Below, piece after piece: positions 9,299 through 18,367 of a stretch of 58,729 nt of DNA. Every line of letters begins with the position of its first letter. The stretch's first letter is position 1. The notes under the pieces are model-generated. The model saw only the letters and a list, made by a program, of their open reading frames with translations. It was not told where the DNA came from and searched no databases. A program made the translations under genes and the position numbers. Source of the stretch: an uncultured Bacteroides sp. (GTDB lineage Bacteria > Bacteroidota > Bacteroidia > Bacteroidales > Muribaculaceae); NCBI GenBank assembly GCA_964472555.1, contig CAYYQS010000001.1, forward strand, positions 1-58,729. Direction: 5' to 3'.

Positions 9299-11005
9299 TT
9301 AAGCGATGACCAGGGTTAGTACCACACCCATAAGAATGAGGAGAGTATTTCCTACGGCATAGGTTATGGTATATCCGATAGCAGGAATCGACGATCCTAC
9401 AGCGTCCTGGATAGCACCGAGAGAAGCGGTAGTAACTCGCGATCCGGCAACGCATCCCAGATTTATAGCTGCGGGGAACTTGAAGATTTTGTCTCCGACA
9501 AAGATGCCGATGATAAGAGGAAGGGTTGTGGCAAGAATACCCGCGAGGAACAGCATGAATCCGGCTTCTTTTATTCCGCTCACGAATGTAGGTGCGGCAG
9601 TTATACCGATAACCGCAATGAACATGTTTAGTCCGAGGTTATTCATCAGCCATACCGATGAATCGGGAATCGCACCGAAAGTGGGATGCTTGGAGCGTAG
9701 CCAGCCAAGGACGAGACCTGCAATTAGCGCTCCTCCGGAGGTACTGAGGCTTACAGGAATGCCCCCGAGATGAATTGTGATCGCGCCTATGAGAGCTCCA
9801 ATGAAGATTCCGAGCCCGACAAACACCATATCTGTGCTTTTAGAAGGCCGATCGGCATAGCCTATAGCTTTTGCTGCGAGGTCGACTTCTCTCTTCAGGC
9901 CGATGATTGTGAGCATATCACCACGCTGGAGCCTGGTATCGGCAAGCACAGGAATATAGTGGGTTGCGCGCTTGATAGCTGCGATAATCACGCCATTCAT
10001 CTGAGGGAGCGATCTGAATTCGCCCACGGTTTTGCCGTCGCATAGTTTGCTCGCAACCATAACGGGGATTCTCTCAACTGGGAAGTTGAGGAGTTCGGGG
10101 TCTGAAACCTCCTTGCCGATCCAAGGTTCGTCTTCTATCACGAATTCGCGACGACCGCTGATCACTATAGTATCTCCCTTTTCAACTTCGATTTCCTGTC
10201 CGGGATCATCAACAAGCTTTCCGTCTTTCTGCCGTATACGTTCTACAAACGCGCGGCGTCCTTCCTTTACGATTTCTTCCTCGATCTCCGATATGGTACG
10301 GGGCGAACTGAAGAAGTCTCCGTCAACCTTATAGGCACGATAAACAACAGGGCGGAAAGCGCTTGTGTAGGCAGGATCGTCATAGTCGGCCGAACTGTTC
10401 ATCTGCTTTTCGAGTTCTGCAGTATCCTGTCTTACTTTCTTTATGCCTCCCAACATGGCAGGGCCGATAATACTGAGTATATAGGCCGACCCGATAGTAC
10501 CGAAGATGTAAGTTACTGCATAACATACCGGAATGAGATCCGTCCACGACTGTTTGTCGGCATCCGGGATTGAGAGTGTAGAGATTGTATCTTCTCCCAC
10601 TCCGATCACGGCGGAAATTGTCTGAGCTCCAGCAAATAAACCCACAGCTTCGCCTGCATTGTAACCGAACAGATAAGCGACACCCATGGTCACCAAAAGG
10701 CATATCACGCACATCACCACGGCAAAAATCACCTGCTTGATGCCGGTTCCTTTCATTGCCTGAAAGAACTGAGGACCTACACTATATCCAATTGAGAAAA
10801 GGAAGAGAAGAAAAAAGATCGACTTTACCGGTCCCGGTATAGGAATGTCGAGTTGTCCAACCAATACTCCGACGAGAAGCACGGATGTAACTGTCCCTAA
10901 GGAGAACGACTTGTATTTTAGTTTACCAAGCATAAAGCCCAGCCCGAGAGTCAGGAAGATAGGGATTGCCGGGTTCTCCCTGAACGTGTCGATTATCCAA
11001 TCCAT
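9299..11005 (-). CDS. aspT: Aspartate:alanine antiporter
   Basis: Two membrane blocks flanking two soluble TrkA_C-like domains, with GYSVGPQFF and YAVGN motifs. Directly upstream of aspD. Confidence 0.92.
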   Translation of the reverse strand: MDWIIDTFRENPAIPIFLTLGLGFMLGKLKYKSFSLGTVTSVLLVGVLVGQLDIPIPGPVKSIFFLLFLFSIGYSVGPQFFQAMKGTGIKQVIFAVVMCVICLLVTMGVAYLFGYNAGEAVGLFAGAQTISAVIGVGEDTISTLSIPDADKQSWTDLIPVCYAVTYIFGTIGSAYILSIIGPAMLGGIKKVRQDTAELEKQMNSSADYDDPAYTSAFRPVVYRAYKVDGDFFSSPRTISEIEEEIVKEGRRAFVERIRQKDGKLVDDPGQEIEVEKGDTIVISGRREFVIEDEPWIGKEVSDPELLNFPVERIPVMVASKLCDGKTVGEFRSLPQMNGVIIAAIKRATHYIPVLADTRLQRGDMLTIIGLKREVDLAAKAIGYADRPSKSTDMVFVGLGIFIGALIGAITIHLGGIPVSLSTSGGALIAGLVLGWLRSKHPTFGAIPDSSVWLMNNLGLNMFIAVIGITAAPTFVSGIKEAGFMLFLAGILATTLPLIIGIFVGDKIFKFPAAINLGCVAGSRVTTASLGAIQDAVGSSIPAIGYTITYAVGNTLLILMGVVLTLVIA

Positions 11006-11065
11006 AGTAAAAAGTGAAACTGAATTTAGTAATTAAACAAAATGATGATGAATTTCTCTATGAAT

Positions 11066-11091
11066 TTAACGTCTGAGACTGTATAATGTTC
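11066..11091 (-). promoter_or_regulatory. Putative ECF-type promoter or regulator site upstream of aspT
   Basis: Minus strand reads GAACA-N15-CGTTAA. The same motif and spacing occur at 17699-17724. Confidence 0.45.
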
Positions 11092-11114
11092 TCGAATTTC
11101 AATTTAAATTAGGT

Positions 11115-11145
11115 TTTGCTATTCGCGGGAAATTTGCTAAATTTG
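11115..11145 (+). promoter_or_regulatory. Housekeeping promoter for the parC operon
   Basis: TTTG(11115)-N19-TAAATTTG(11138) is a full -33/-7 Bacteroidetes consensus. Confidence 0.75.
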
Positions 11146-11176
11146 TAGCATCAAGCCTTAATGCAGACAATTATCA

Positions 11177-13894
11177 ATGAGCGATACCAACGAAGAATCC
11201 TATCTCGACGACAAAGAATACACCGGGGCGGAAGAGACTGCTGAATCGGCTACGCCCTCCCTTCCAGAGAAACGCAAGCCATACACCTCGGCTGATGATG
11301 TGCAGAAACACACTCTCAGAGGTATGTATCAGTCGTGGTTCCTGGAATATGCTTCTTATGTAATTCTTGAGCGAGCTGTTCCACACATCGACGACGGTCT
11401 TAAACCCGTTCAACGTCGAATTCTCCACGCCATGAAGACTATCGACGACGAGCGCTTCAATAAGGTTGCTAATATCGTTGGTACGGCCATGCAGTATCAT
11501 CCACATGGCGACGCATCTATTAAAGATGCTCTCGTACAGCTCGGACAGAAGGAACTTCTCGTCGAAACGCAGGGAAACTGGGGTAACGTTCTTACCGGAA
11601 GTGACGCGGCTGCAGCCCGTTACATTGAAGCTCGTCTTTCACCCTTTGCTTCCGAGGTTCTCTTCAATCCTAAGGTGACTGAATGGACCATGAGTTACGA
11701 CGGCCGAAAGCGTGAACCCGTAACTCTGCCGACTAAATTTCCCGTTCTTCTTGCTCAGGGAGCCGAGGGTATTGCGGTAGGTCTGTCTTCTAAGATTCTG
11801 CCCCACAACTTCAATGAAATTCTCGATGCGGCTATAGCCTGTGTCAGGGGGGATGAGTTCGAACTTTTTCCCGATTTTATTACCGGTGGTATGATCGACG
11901 TCAGTCGCTATAACGACGGCAAGCGTGGTGGAGCCGTGAAAGTCCGCGCAAAAATTGAGAAAATTGATTCGCGGACACTTAATGTTACCGAGCTCCCGTT
12001 TGGCAAGACATCTGCCGGACTTATCGATTCTATTCTAAAGGCATTTGAGCGCGGGCAGATCAAGATCCGTAAAGTGGAGGATAACACGGCTGCCGAGGCA
12101 TCAATTCTGATACATCTCATTCCCGGAACTTCAAGCGACAAGACTATCGACGCTCTATATGCGTTCACCGACTGCGAGGTAAATATCTCGCCCAACTGCT
12201 GTGTGATCCGCGACGACAAGCCTTGCTTCCTTGGTGTGAGTGATGTATTGCGCCATAGCGTGGATACTACAAAGCGTATCATCACTTCCGAACTTGAGGT
12301 TGCTCTTGGCGAAGACCGCGAGAAACTCCTATATGCTTCTCTGGAGAAGATATTCATTGAAAACCGAATTTATAAGGATGTGGAATACGAAGAGGCTCCT
12401 CACATTGATGCCGCAATTGAGCACATCGACCGTCGACTTGAGCCATTCAAGCCCTCCTTGGTTAGGGATGTTACCCGCGATGATATTCTAAGGCTACTCG
12501 AGATAAAGATGAAGCGTATTCTTCGTTTCAACTCCGAAGAAGCCGACAGGGCAATTGAGGCCCTTGAGAAAAGAATAGCCGATACTCTCAACCGCCTCGA
12601 TCATATCGACGATGTTACTGTCGAATGGTTTGAGTACCTGAAAAAGAAATATGGAGCTGCATATCCGCGCAGAACCCAGATCCGAGGTTTTGATAATATT
12701 CAGGCTGCAACGGTTGCCGAAGCTAACGAGAAACTTTATATCAACCGCGAGGAAGGTTTTATCGGAACTGCGCTTAAAAAAGACGAATTTATATGCAACT
12801 GCTCTTCGATTGATGACATTATCATTTTCTATCGCGACGGCCGCTATAAAATTGTAAAGGTTCAGGAAAAACTCTCGGTCGGAAAGGATGTTCTGTTTGT
12901 CAACGTTTATAAGCGCAACGATACCCGAACTATTTATAATGTCATTTATCAGAACGGTAAGGGTGGCGTATACTATATGAAGCGCTTCGCCGCCACTGGT
13001 ATGACGCGTGATAAGGAGTACCAGCTCACTTCCAATCTCATGCCCAAGTCGCGTATTGTGTGGTTCTCCTCCAATCCGAATGGCGAAGCCGAAGTAGTCA
13101 AAGTCACTTTAAAACCGAAACTTCGCCTCAAAAACTTAAGTTTTGATGTCGACTTTTCAAAATTAAGCATTAAAGGACGTGCTGCCCAGGGTAATCTCGT
13201 TACTAAAAACGACGTGGCTCGGTTCACGCTTAAGGAAAGGGGGCAGTCAACACTTGGTGGTCGCAAAGTATGGTTCGACTACGATGTGATGCGAATCAAC
13301 TACGACGGTCGCGGCGAATATCTTGGCGAGTTTGCCGGGTCAGACAGAATTCTCGTCATTCTCCCGACTGGCGAATACTATACTACAGGGTTCGAGCTCA
13401 CAAATCATTATGATGAAAAAGTGCTTCGTCTCGAAAAGTTCCGTCCCAAGACGGTTTGGACAGCAATTCTCAATGATGCCGAACAGGGATATCCTTATAT
13501 CAAGCGTTTCACCTTCGAAGATTCACCACGTCGCCAGAGATTTGTGGGTGATGACAATCGCTCGGTCCTCAAAATGCTGTCCGACCATGAAGCCCCGCTC
13601 TTTGAGCTTGTCTTCGCCGATGAAGCTCGCATCAATCAGGTGATTGATGCGGAGGAATTTATAGGTGTAAAATCTTTTAAGGCAAGAGGAAAACGATTGA
13701 CGACCTATCCCCTCGCCGAAATTATTGAGCTTGAACCCAAGCGACCTGATACCCCGGTCGATGCACAGGAGGAGCAGGCTGAGGTTGCAGAAATGGAAAT
13801 CAGTAATGAAGATGTTGATGATACTTTTGAAGAACCTCAGGGTATCGACACCGTCCAGGGAAACCTGTTTGATTCTCTCCCGGATGAGGAATAA
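11177..13894 (+). CDS. parC: DNA topoisomerase IV subunit A
   Basis: DGLKPVQRR, YHPHGD and catalytic AAARYIEARL. Bacteroidetes ParC-type C-terminus with no GyrA box and an acidic tail. Confidence 0.9.
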   Translation: MSDTNEESYLDDKEYTGAEETAESATPSLPEKRKPYTSADDVQKHTLRGMYQSWFLEYASYVILERAVPHIDDGLKPVQRRILHAMKTIDDERFNKVANIVGTAMQYHPHGDASIKDALVQLGQKELLVETQGNWGNVLTGSDAAAARYIEARLSPFASEVLFNPKVTEWTMSYDGRKREPVTLPTKFPVLLAQGAEGIAVGLSSKILPHNFNEILDAAIACVRGDEFELFPDFITGGMIDVSRYNDGKRGGAVKVRAKIEKIDSRTLNVTELPFGKTSAGLIDSILKAFERGQIKIRKVEDNTAAEASILIHLIPGTSSDKTIDALYAFTDCEVNISPNCCVIRDDKPCFLGVSDVLRHSVDTTKRIITSELEVALGEDREKLLYASLEKIFIENRIYKDVEYEEAPHIDAAIEHIDRRLEPFKPSLVRDVTRDDILRLLEIKMKRILRFNSEEADRAIEALEKRIADTLNRLDHIDDVTVEWFEYLKKKYGAAYPRRTQIRGFDNIQAATVAEANEKLYINREEGFIGTALKKDEFICNCSSIDDIIIFYRDGRYKIVKVQEKLSVGKDVLFVNVYKRNDTRTIYNVIYQNGKGGVYYMKRFAATGMTRDKEYQLTSNLMPKSRIVWFSSNPNGEAEVVKVTLKPKLRLKNLSFDVDFSKLSIKGRAAQGNLVTKNDVARFTLKERGQSTLGGRKVWFDYDVMRINYDGRGEYLGEFAGSDRILVILPTGEYYTTGFELTNHYDEKVLRLEKFRPKTVWTAILNDAEQGYPYIKRFTFEDSPRRQRFVGDDNRSVLKMLSDHEAPLFELVFADEARINQVIDAEEFIGVKSFKARGKRLTTYPLAEIIELEPKRPDTPVDAQEEQAEVAEMEISNEDVDDTFEEPQGIDTVQGNLFDSLPDEE

Positions 13895-14741
13895 AATCAG
13901 GCATATTGCACTCTTGGCTACAGCCTTTCTGCTTGCAAGTCCATGTAAGGTATTTGGGCAGGAGGAAGTCTTACGGCCCGTACTGTCTTCCTATTCGCTC
14001 GAAGTGGGAGGTAAGAACCTTACTCAGACATATCTGAGTCCTCTAAAGTACTCCGGTATCGGTTTGGCTCTCGACTATGAGAGAATGCAATCTATGCGTT
14101 TTAATCCCGAAAAATGGGTGATGAAACTTGATGGGAGACTTGCCTACGACTGCGGGAAAAACCCTGTAGGTAACGCACGGATGTACAACATTAAGCTTTC
14201 ATTAGGGTGGTCGATGACACATAGGTGGAAATTGAAGAAAGGATTCACCGTGCTCGCCGGGGGGAATACATCAATATCCGGAGGTGCCGACTACACTCCA
14301 CGCAACAGCAATAACCCGGTTGCTGCCAATGCTTCCTGGACTGTAGGTGCAACCGGTTCCGCTATCTGGAATGGCAAATTTGGCCGTCTGCCGGTTTGCA
14401 TACGATATCAGGCCACTCTACCTCTTGCAGGGTGCTTCTTTTGTCCGGAATATGGAGAACTTTACTATGAGATATATTTAGGAAACCGCAAAGGACTCGT
14501 ACATGGTGCGTGGCCGGGCAATTATTTCAACCTTGATAATCTTGCCTCTATAGATTTCAGGTTCGGGAATACAATTCTAAGAGCCGGATACAGATGCGAG
14601 GTATTCTCTTCCAAGGCTAATCACATCGTATCACGTTCGCTATCCAATTCTTTCGTTCTTGGTATAGTATCAGAATGGATTTCGATAGGAACAAAGAAAA
14701 CGAATTTTGATAATGCAAGGATAATTAGCGCCTTATATTGA
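13884..14741 (+). CDS. Outer-membrane protein (DUF3316-like)
   Basis: Start moved to ATG 13884 (MRNKIRHIALL.. signal peptide). TYLSPLKYSG and NSNNP motifs; conserved parC-DUF3316-S41 order (recall). Confidence 0.75.
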   Translation: MRNKIRHIALLATAFLLASPCKVFGQEEVLRPVLSSYSLEVGGKNLTQTYLSPLKYSGIGLALDYERMQSMRFNPEKWVMKLDGRLAYDCGKNPVGNARMYNIKLSLGWSMTHRWKLKKGFTVLAGGNTSISGGADYTPRNSNNPVAANASWTVGATGSAIWNGKFGRLPVCIRYQATLPLAGCFFCPEYGELYYEIYLGNRKGLVHGAWPGNYFNLDNLASIDFRFGNTILRAGYRCEVFSSKANHIVSRSLSNSFVLGIVSEWISIGTKKTNFDNARIISALY

Positions 14742-14742
14742 A

Positions 14743-15843
14743 ATGAAAGGAATGATTAAATATACCGGCGCTGCCATAGGTCTTGCAATGCTGTCCTCGT
14801 TCACTTTCTCAGGATGTCACTCTGTTGAATCCTGGGATAATGATTTTTACGGAAACTTCGATGCGCTCTGGACCATTATCGACGAGCATTACTGTTTCTT
14901 TAATGATAAGGATGTCGATTGGGAAGCTATTGGACAGAAATATCGTTCGGAAATAGATACCGAGTGGGACAGCCGTATGTTTTTCAATCACTGTGCTTCT
15001 ATGCTCGATGAACTGCGCGACGGACACACAAATCTTATATCCTGGTTCGATGTAAGTTATTATAATAAGTGGTGGAGCGACTACCCCCAGAATTTTGATC
15101 TGAGACTCATAGAAGAGCATTACCTCGATTTCGATTATTCTTCAGGCAGCGGATTTATCTATAAATATCTTGAAGATAAGAAAGTCGGATATGCCCGTTA
15201 TGCTTCTTTCTCATCTTCAGTGAGCGACAGTTTTGTCGACATGATGCTACTTACGATGAAAGAAGCCGACGGTCTGATACTTGATATCCGCAATAATGGC
15301 GGTGGCGACGTATCTAATGTGGAGAAGCTCGTATCACACTTTATTAATGAACGGATAAAAGCAGGATATATCACACATAAGACAGGCCCGGCACACAACG
15401 ATTTTTCGGAACCGTACGCCTTCTACGTCGACCCGGCCACACCTCATGTCAGGTGGCTCAAACCTGTGATTATTCTCACAAACAGGAGTACTTTCAGTGC
15501 CGCAAATAATTTTGTGGCTGTCATGCGCAATCTTCCTCATGTCGTTATAATGGGAGCTACAACCGGAGGCGGAGCCGGTATGCCCTTCTCCTCTGAACTA
15601 CCTTGCGGCTGGGGCGTGAGATTTTCGGCATCACCTCTTTACGACAGTAATATGGTACTCACGGAGAATGGTATTCCTCCCACCCCGGGAGCGGAGGTCG
15701 ACCTCGATCCTGAACTTGCACTTCAAGGTATCGACACAATGATCGAGTATGCTATATCCCTTATCAATGAATATGCACAGAAAGATGATTCTGACGGAAA
15801 AGAGGGTATTAGGAGCATCCTCAATTCAATCAACGCAAAATAA
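14743..15843 (+). CDS. S41 family peptidase lipoprotein
   Basis: Lipobox FSGC; LRDGHT, ILDIRNNGGG, catalytic TFSAAN and TGGGAG. Confidence 0.88.
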   Translation: MKGMIKYTGAAIGLAMLSSFTFSGCHSVESWDNDFYGNFDALWTIIDEHYCFFNDKDVDWEAIGQKYRSEIDTEWDSRMFFNHCASMLDELRDGHTNLISWFDVSYYNKWWSDYPQNFDLRLIEEHYLDFDYSSGSGFIYKYLEDKKVGYARYASFSSSVSDSFVDMMLLTMKEADGLILDIRNNGGGDVSNVEKLVSHFINERIKAGYITHKTGPAHNDFSEPYAFYVDPATPHVRWLKPVIILTNRSTFSAANNFVAVMRNLPHVVIMGATTGGGAGMPFSSELPCGWGVRFSASPLYDSNMVLTENGIPPTPGAEVDLDPELALQGIDTMIEYAISLINEYAQKDDSDGKEGIRSILNSINAK

Positions 15844-16655
15844 TGTCACAATATAAGAATCCGCCTCACTATCGCCTTGATTTTATAAAGGAAAACACAT
15901 TCAACAGAGTGTGGTCTATTCCTATGACCCGTTCCCGAGTGATCATAGGGAGTATAGCGGTTATAGCAAGCCTTGCCGCTCTACTATGGGTTATCTTTGC
16001 CTTTACTCCAATGAGGCAACTACTTCCGGGTGCTCTTCGCGGCAATTTACGCAATCAATACCTTGAAACCGCACTCAGGCTCGACTCTCTTGAACAATCT
16101 GCAAGGATTAATCAGGCTTATATCGATAATATTGTGGCAATTCTCAACGATGAACTACCTTCGGACTCGATTCGTCAGATTGCCGAAACTCAAGTTGCTA
16201 TTTCAGATTCACTACTTGCAGCTTCCGAGCTTGAACAGCAGTTTGTCGAGCGATATCGGGAAGAAGAGAGATTCAATCTCTCAGTCCTTACTCCCATAGC
16301 TGCCGAAGGAATGGTTTTCTCATCTCCGGCATCTGTCGGTGCAGAGATTTCAGATATTAACGAAGGAATTCCCGGTGAACTTATCACATCTCCTGGCCCT
16401 GTTCAGGCAAGTGCCGTATATAGAGGTACTGTTGTCGGAACCTCTACTTTGCCCGACGGCACAACAACGGTACTTATCCAGCATCCTAATGATTTCTTAA
16501 GTATTTATTCTGGTCTGAACGATATTTATATTTCCCGTGGGAAAAAGGTCATGGCCGGACAACGAATCGGTACGGGAAGCAAAGGAAATGGAATTGTCTA
16601 CGAACTATGGCATAATGGTTCGCCTCTGAACCCTCGCGACTATATTCCTTTCTGA
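15843..16655 (+). CDS. M23/LytM-family membrane-anchored protein, degenerate active site
   Basis: N-terminal TM and coiled coil, then IQHPNDFLSIY..KVMAGQRIG..YELWHNGSPLNP. Confidence 0.8.
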   Translation: MSQYKNPPHYRLDFIKENTFNRVWSIPMTRSRVIIGSIAVIASLAALLWVIFAFTPMRQLLPGALRGNLRNQYLETALRLDSLEQSARINQAYIDNIVAILNDELPSDSIRQIAETQVAISDSLLAASELEQQFVERYREEERFNLSVLTPIAAEGMVFSSPASVGAEISDINEGIPGELITSPGPVQASAVYRGTVVGTSTLPDGTTTVLIQHPNDFLSIYSGLNDIYISRGKKVMAGQRIGTGSKGNGIVYELWHNGSPLNPRDYIPF

Positions 16656-16658
16656 GTT

Positions 16659-17051
16659 ATGCTGAAAAACTTTTTGCTCCGGTGGTGGCCTACGGGAATA
16701 GTGATTTGCGTGATACTTTACGCGACTCTAAATGAGGATCCGGTAGGTGCCGACGAACTTCCTCCCATTCCATATCTGGACAAGTTGATTCATGCCATTA
16801 TGTTCGGAGGACTCTTTTCTGCTTTGTCCTTCGACTATTACCGGTCTGAGAAGATATTGCCTCTCCGGGTGAAAATATTTTTTGCCATAGCAGCAGCTGT
16901 TTTCGGAGGTATAGATGAATTTTGGCAAGGCATGCTCGAAAATGGTCGCGCTGCCGAACTGCTTGATTTTGCAGCCGACAGCGCGGGTATATTGATAGCA
17001 TTCTTTGCGGCTCCCCCTGCAATCAGGAGAGTGCTCAGAAAACGGAGTTAA
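16659..17051 (+). CDS. VanZ-like membrane protein
   Basis: DKLIHAIMFG, GIDEFWQ..GR..DFAAD. Confidence 0.85.
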   Translation: MLKNFLLRWWPTGIVICVILYATLNEDPVGADELPPIPYLDKLIHAIMFGGLFSALSFDYYRSEKILPLRVKIFFAIAAAVFGGIDEFWQGMLENGRAAELLDFAADSAGILIAFFAAPPAIRRVLRKRS

Positions 17052-17668
17052 TTGGGAACACCTACGCGACGCAGGGTATAATCCCGGTCACTGATTTCAC
17101 ACGACATTATGTCATCGTGGTGGATTTTTATGTCCTCAATGGACGTATACCTGTTGAAAAGTTCTCGTGCAGCAGGTGTAAGTATTACTTTCCATTTTTC
17201 TGCAGTTGAAGCTGCGAGAGAATCGAGTACAGGTTGCTGCTGGCCGGTGATGATATTCTGAGCGAATGTAACGCCGGAAGGATCTACTGTCAGTGTAAAA
17301 GAATCAGGATCAATAGAAATCGCTATATCTTCTTTATCGTCATCAGTAAATGTGAAGCGTCCTGTAGCATTGGCGGTCGCCGTAACAGATGTTTCGTAAG
17401 GAGCATACGGCTCGTCTGTAGTAAATGAAGAGATTCCCTGCTGAATATCTATTACAGCAGAGAGCATCACAGTACCTCCCGTCTTCTCAGGTTGATCGAA
17501 CGAAAGAGTCATTGTGGCTGTTGCATCAGAGGCTCCCGAGAGATGAGCAATCCGTTCTGGGTTCCCCATCCATTGGCCGTCGAGACGCGTAGCAGGCCTG
17601 CACGACGAGAATGCGGTTGCGGCAACAATTGCCGAAGCAGCGAGATAACTTAATGTGCGTAGTTTCAT
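17048..17668 (-). CDS. Hypothetical lipoprotein
   Basis: MKLRTL..AFSSC lipobox. ATG at 17668 preferred over TTG at 17674. Confidence 0.75.
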   Translation of the reverse strand: MKLRTLSYLAASAIVAATAFSSCRPATRLDGQWMGNPERIAHLSGASDATATMTLSFDQPEKTGGTVMLSAVIDIQQGISSFTTDEPYAPYETSVTATANATGRFTFTDDDKEDIAISIDPDSFTLTVDPSGVTFAQNIITGQQQPVLDSLAASTAEKWKVILTPAARELFNRYTSIEDIKIHHDDIMSCEISDRDYTLRRVGVPN

Positions 17669-17698
17669 AGTCAAAAAATAGTATCTAATTATGATATA

Positions 17699-17724
17699 TT
17701 AACAAAGCCGCGCACTAATTGTTC
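17699..17724 (-). promoter_or_regulatory. Putative ECF-type promoter or regulator site upstream of the lipoprotein
   Basis: Minus strand reads GAACA-N15-TGTTAA, a twin of 11066-11091. Confidence 0.45.
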
Positions 17725-17744
17725 ACCTCTTTTATCCCCTCGCT

Positions 17745-18353
17745 TCACAACTTTGCTGCCGGTCTCTCGAGAATTGCCGAAGCAATAGTATCGGCTGCAT
17801 GTATCAGAGGTTGAAGCGGTGTCTGCTTTCCAGCCTGGCGATAAAATTTTTCATCGTCTCTCGAGAGATTCCAAGGTCCCATGTGCCACCTTATCGCATA
17901 TATTTCATCGTCTGTCAGATCTAGACCGGATTGAAGAAGGAGAATTACCGACTTCTCTCCATGACCTACAGGAAATATCTCGTCGTGGATTTCGTATTGC
18001 TCCACATCCTCAAATACCCCGATTTCGTTACGCCGTTTTTTCTTTACGAGTTTGTAGAAGTTGGCCTTACATACGTCATGGAGCAATGAGGCTATTATAA
18101 TGGATTCCCCAGGAAGTTCCTTAGCCAGATCGGGGCGAAGCTTGATCACCGCCTCTCTCGAAGCCATAGCGGCGTCGTAAACATTGAGGGAATGTTCCAG
18201 AAGTCCACCCGGATAGGCGTGGTGCCCTTGTGAAGAAGCCGGTGCTTCAAAAAAGCCCCAGCTCTCGAGATCCTCAATTACATATTCTATATTTTCGCGC
18301 CCCGTACTTCTCAGGAGCGAGCAGAAGCGTTCTTTATTATTATCCTTATCCAT
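17745..18353 (-). CDS. HD-domain phosphohydrolase (stand-alone YhaM-like HD)
   Basis: APAS..HHAYPGGLLEHS, LLHDVCK, GHG, IRWHMG, IHAAD. Start moved to ATG 18353 to avoid overlapping cls. Confidence 0.85.
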   Translation of the reverse strand: MDKDNNKERFCSLLRSTGRENIEYVIEDLESWGFFEAPASSQGHHAYPGGLLEHSLNVYDAAMASREAVIKLRPDLAKELPGESIIIASLLHDVCKANFYKLVKKKRRNEIGVFEDVEQYEIHDEIFPVGHGEKSVILLLQSGLDLTDDEIYAIRWHMGPWNLSRDDEKFYRQAGKQTPLQPLIHAADTIASAILERPAAKL

Positions 18354-18367
18354 TATATATAACCTTT

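Noticed and set aside
13725-13883. Extended N-termini in the ORF track (also at 18437, 21905, 25617, 44385, 55230, 57812, 58276)
   Set aside because: They overlap upstream genes or promoters; downstream starts give proper signal peptides or family N-termini
11177-13894. Calling this gene gyrA
   Set aside because: No GyrA box, and the sequence and context match Bacteroidetes ParC
16659-17051. Glycopeptide resistance inferred from the VanZ-like gene
   Set aside because: VanZ-like proteins are widespread and no van cluster is present
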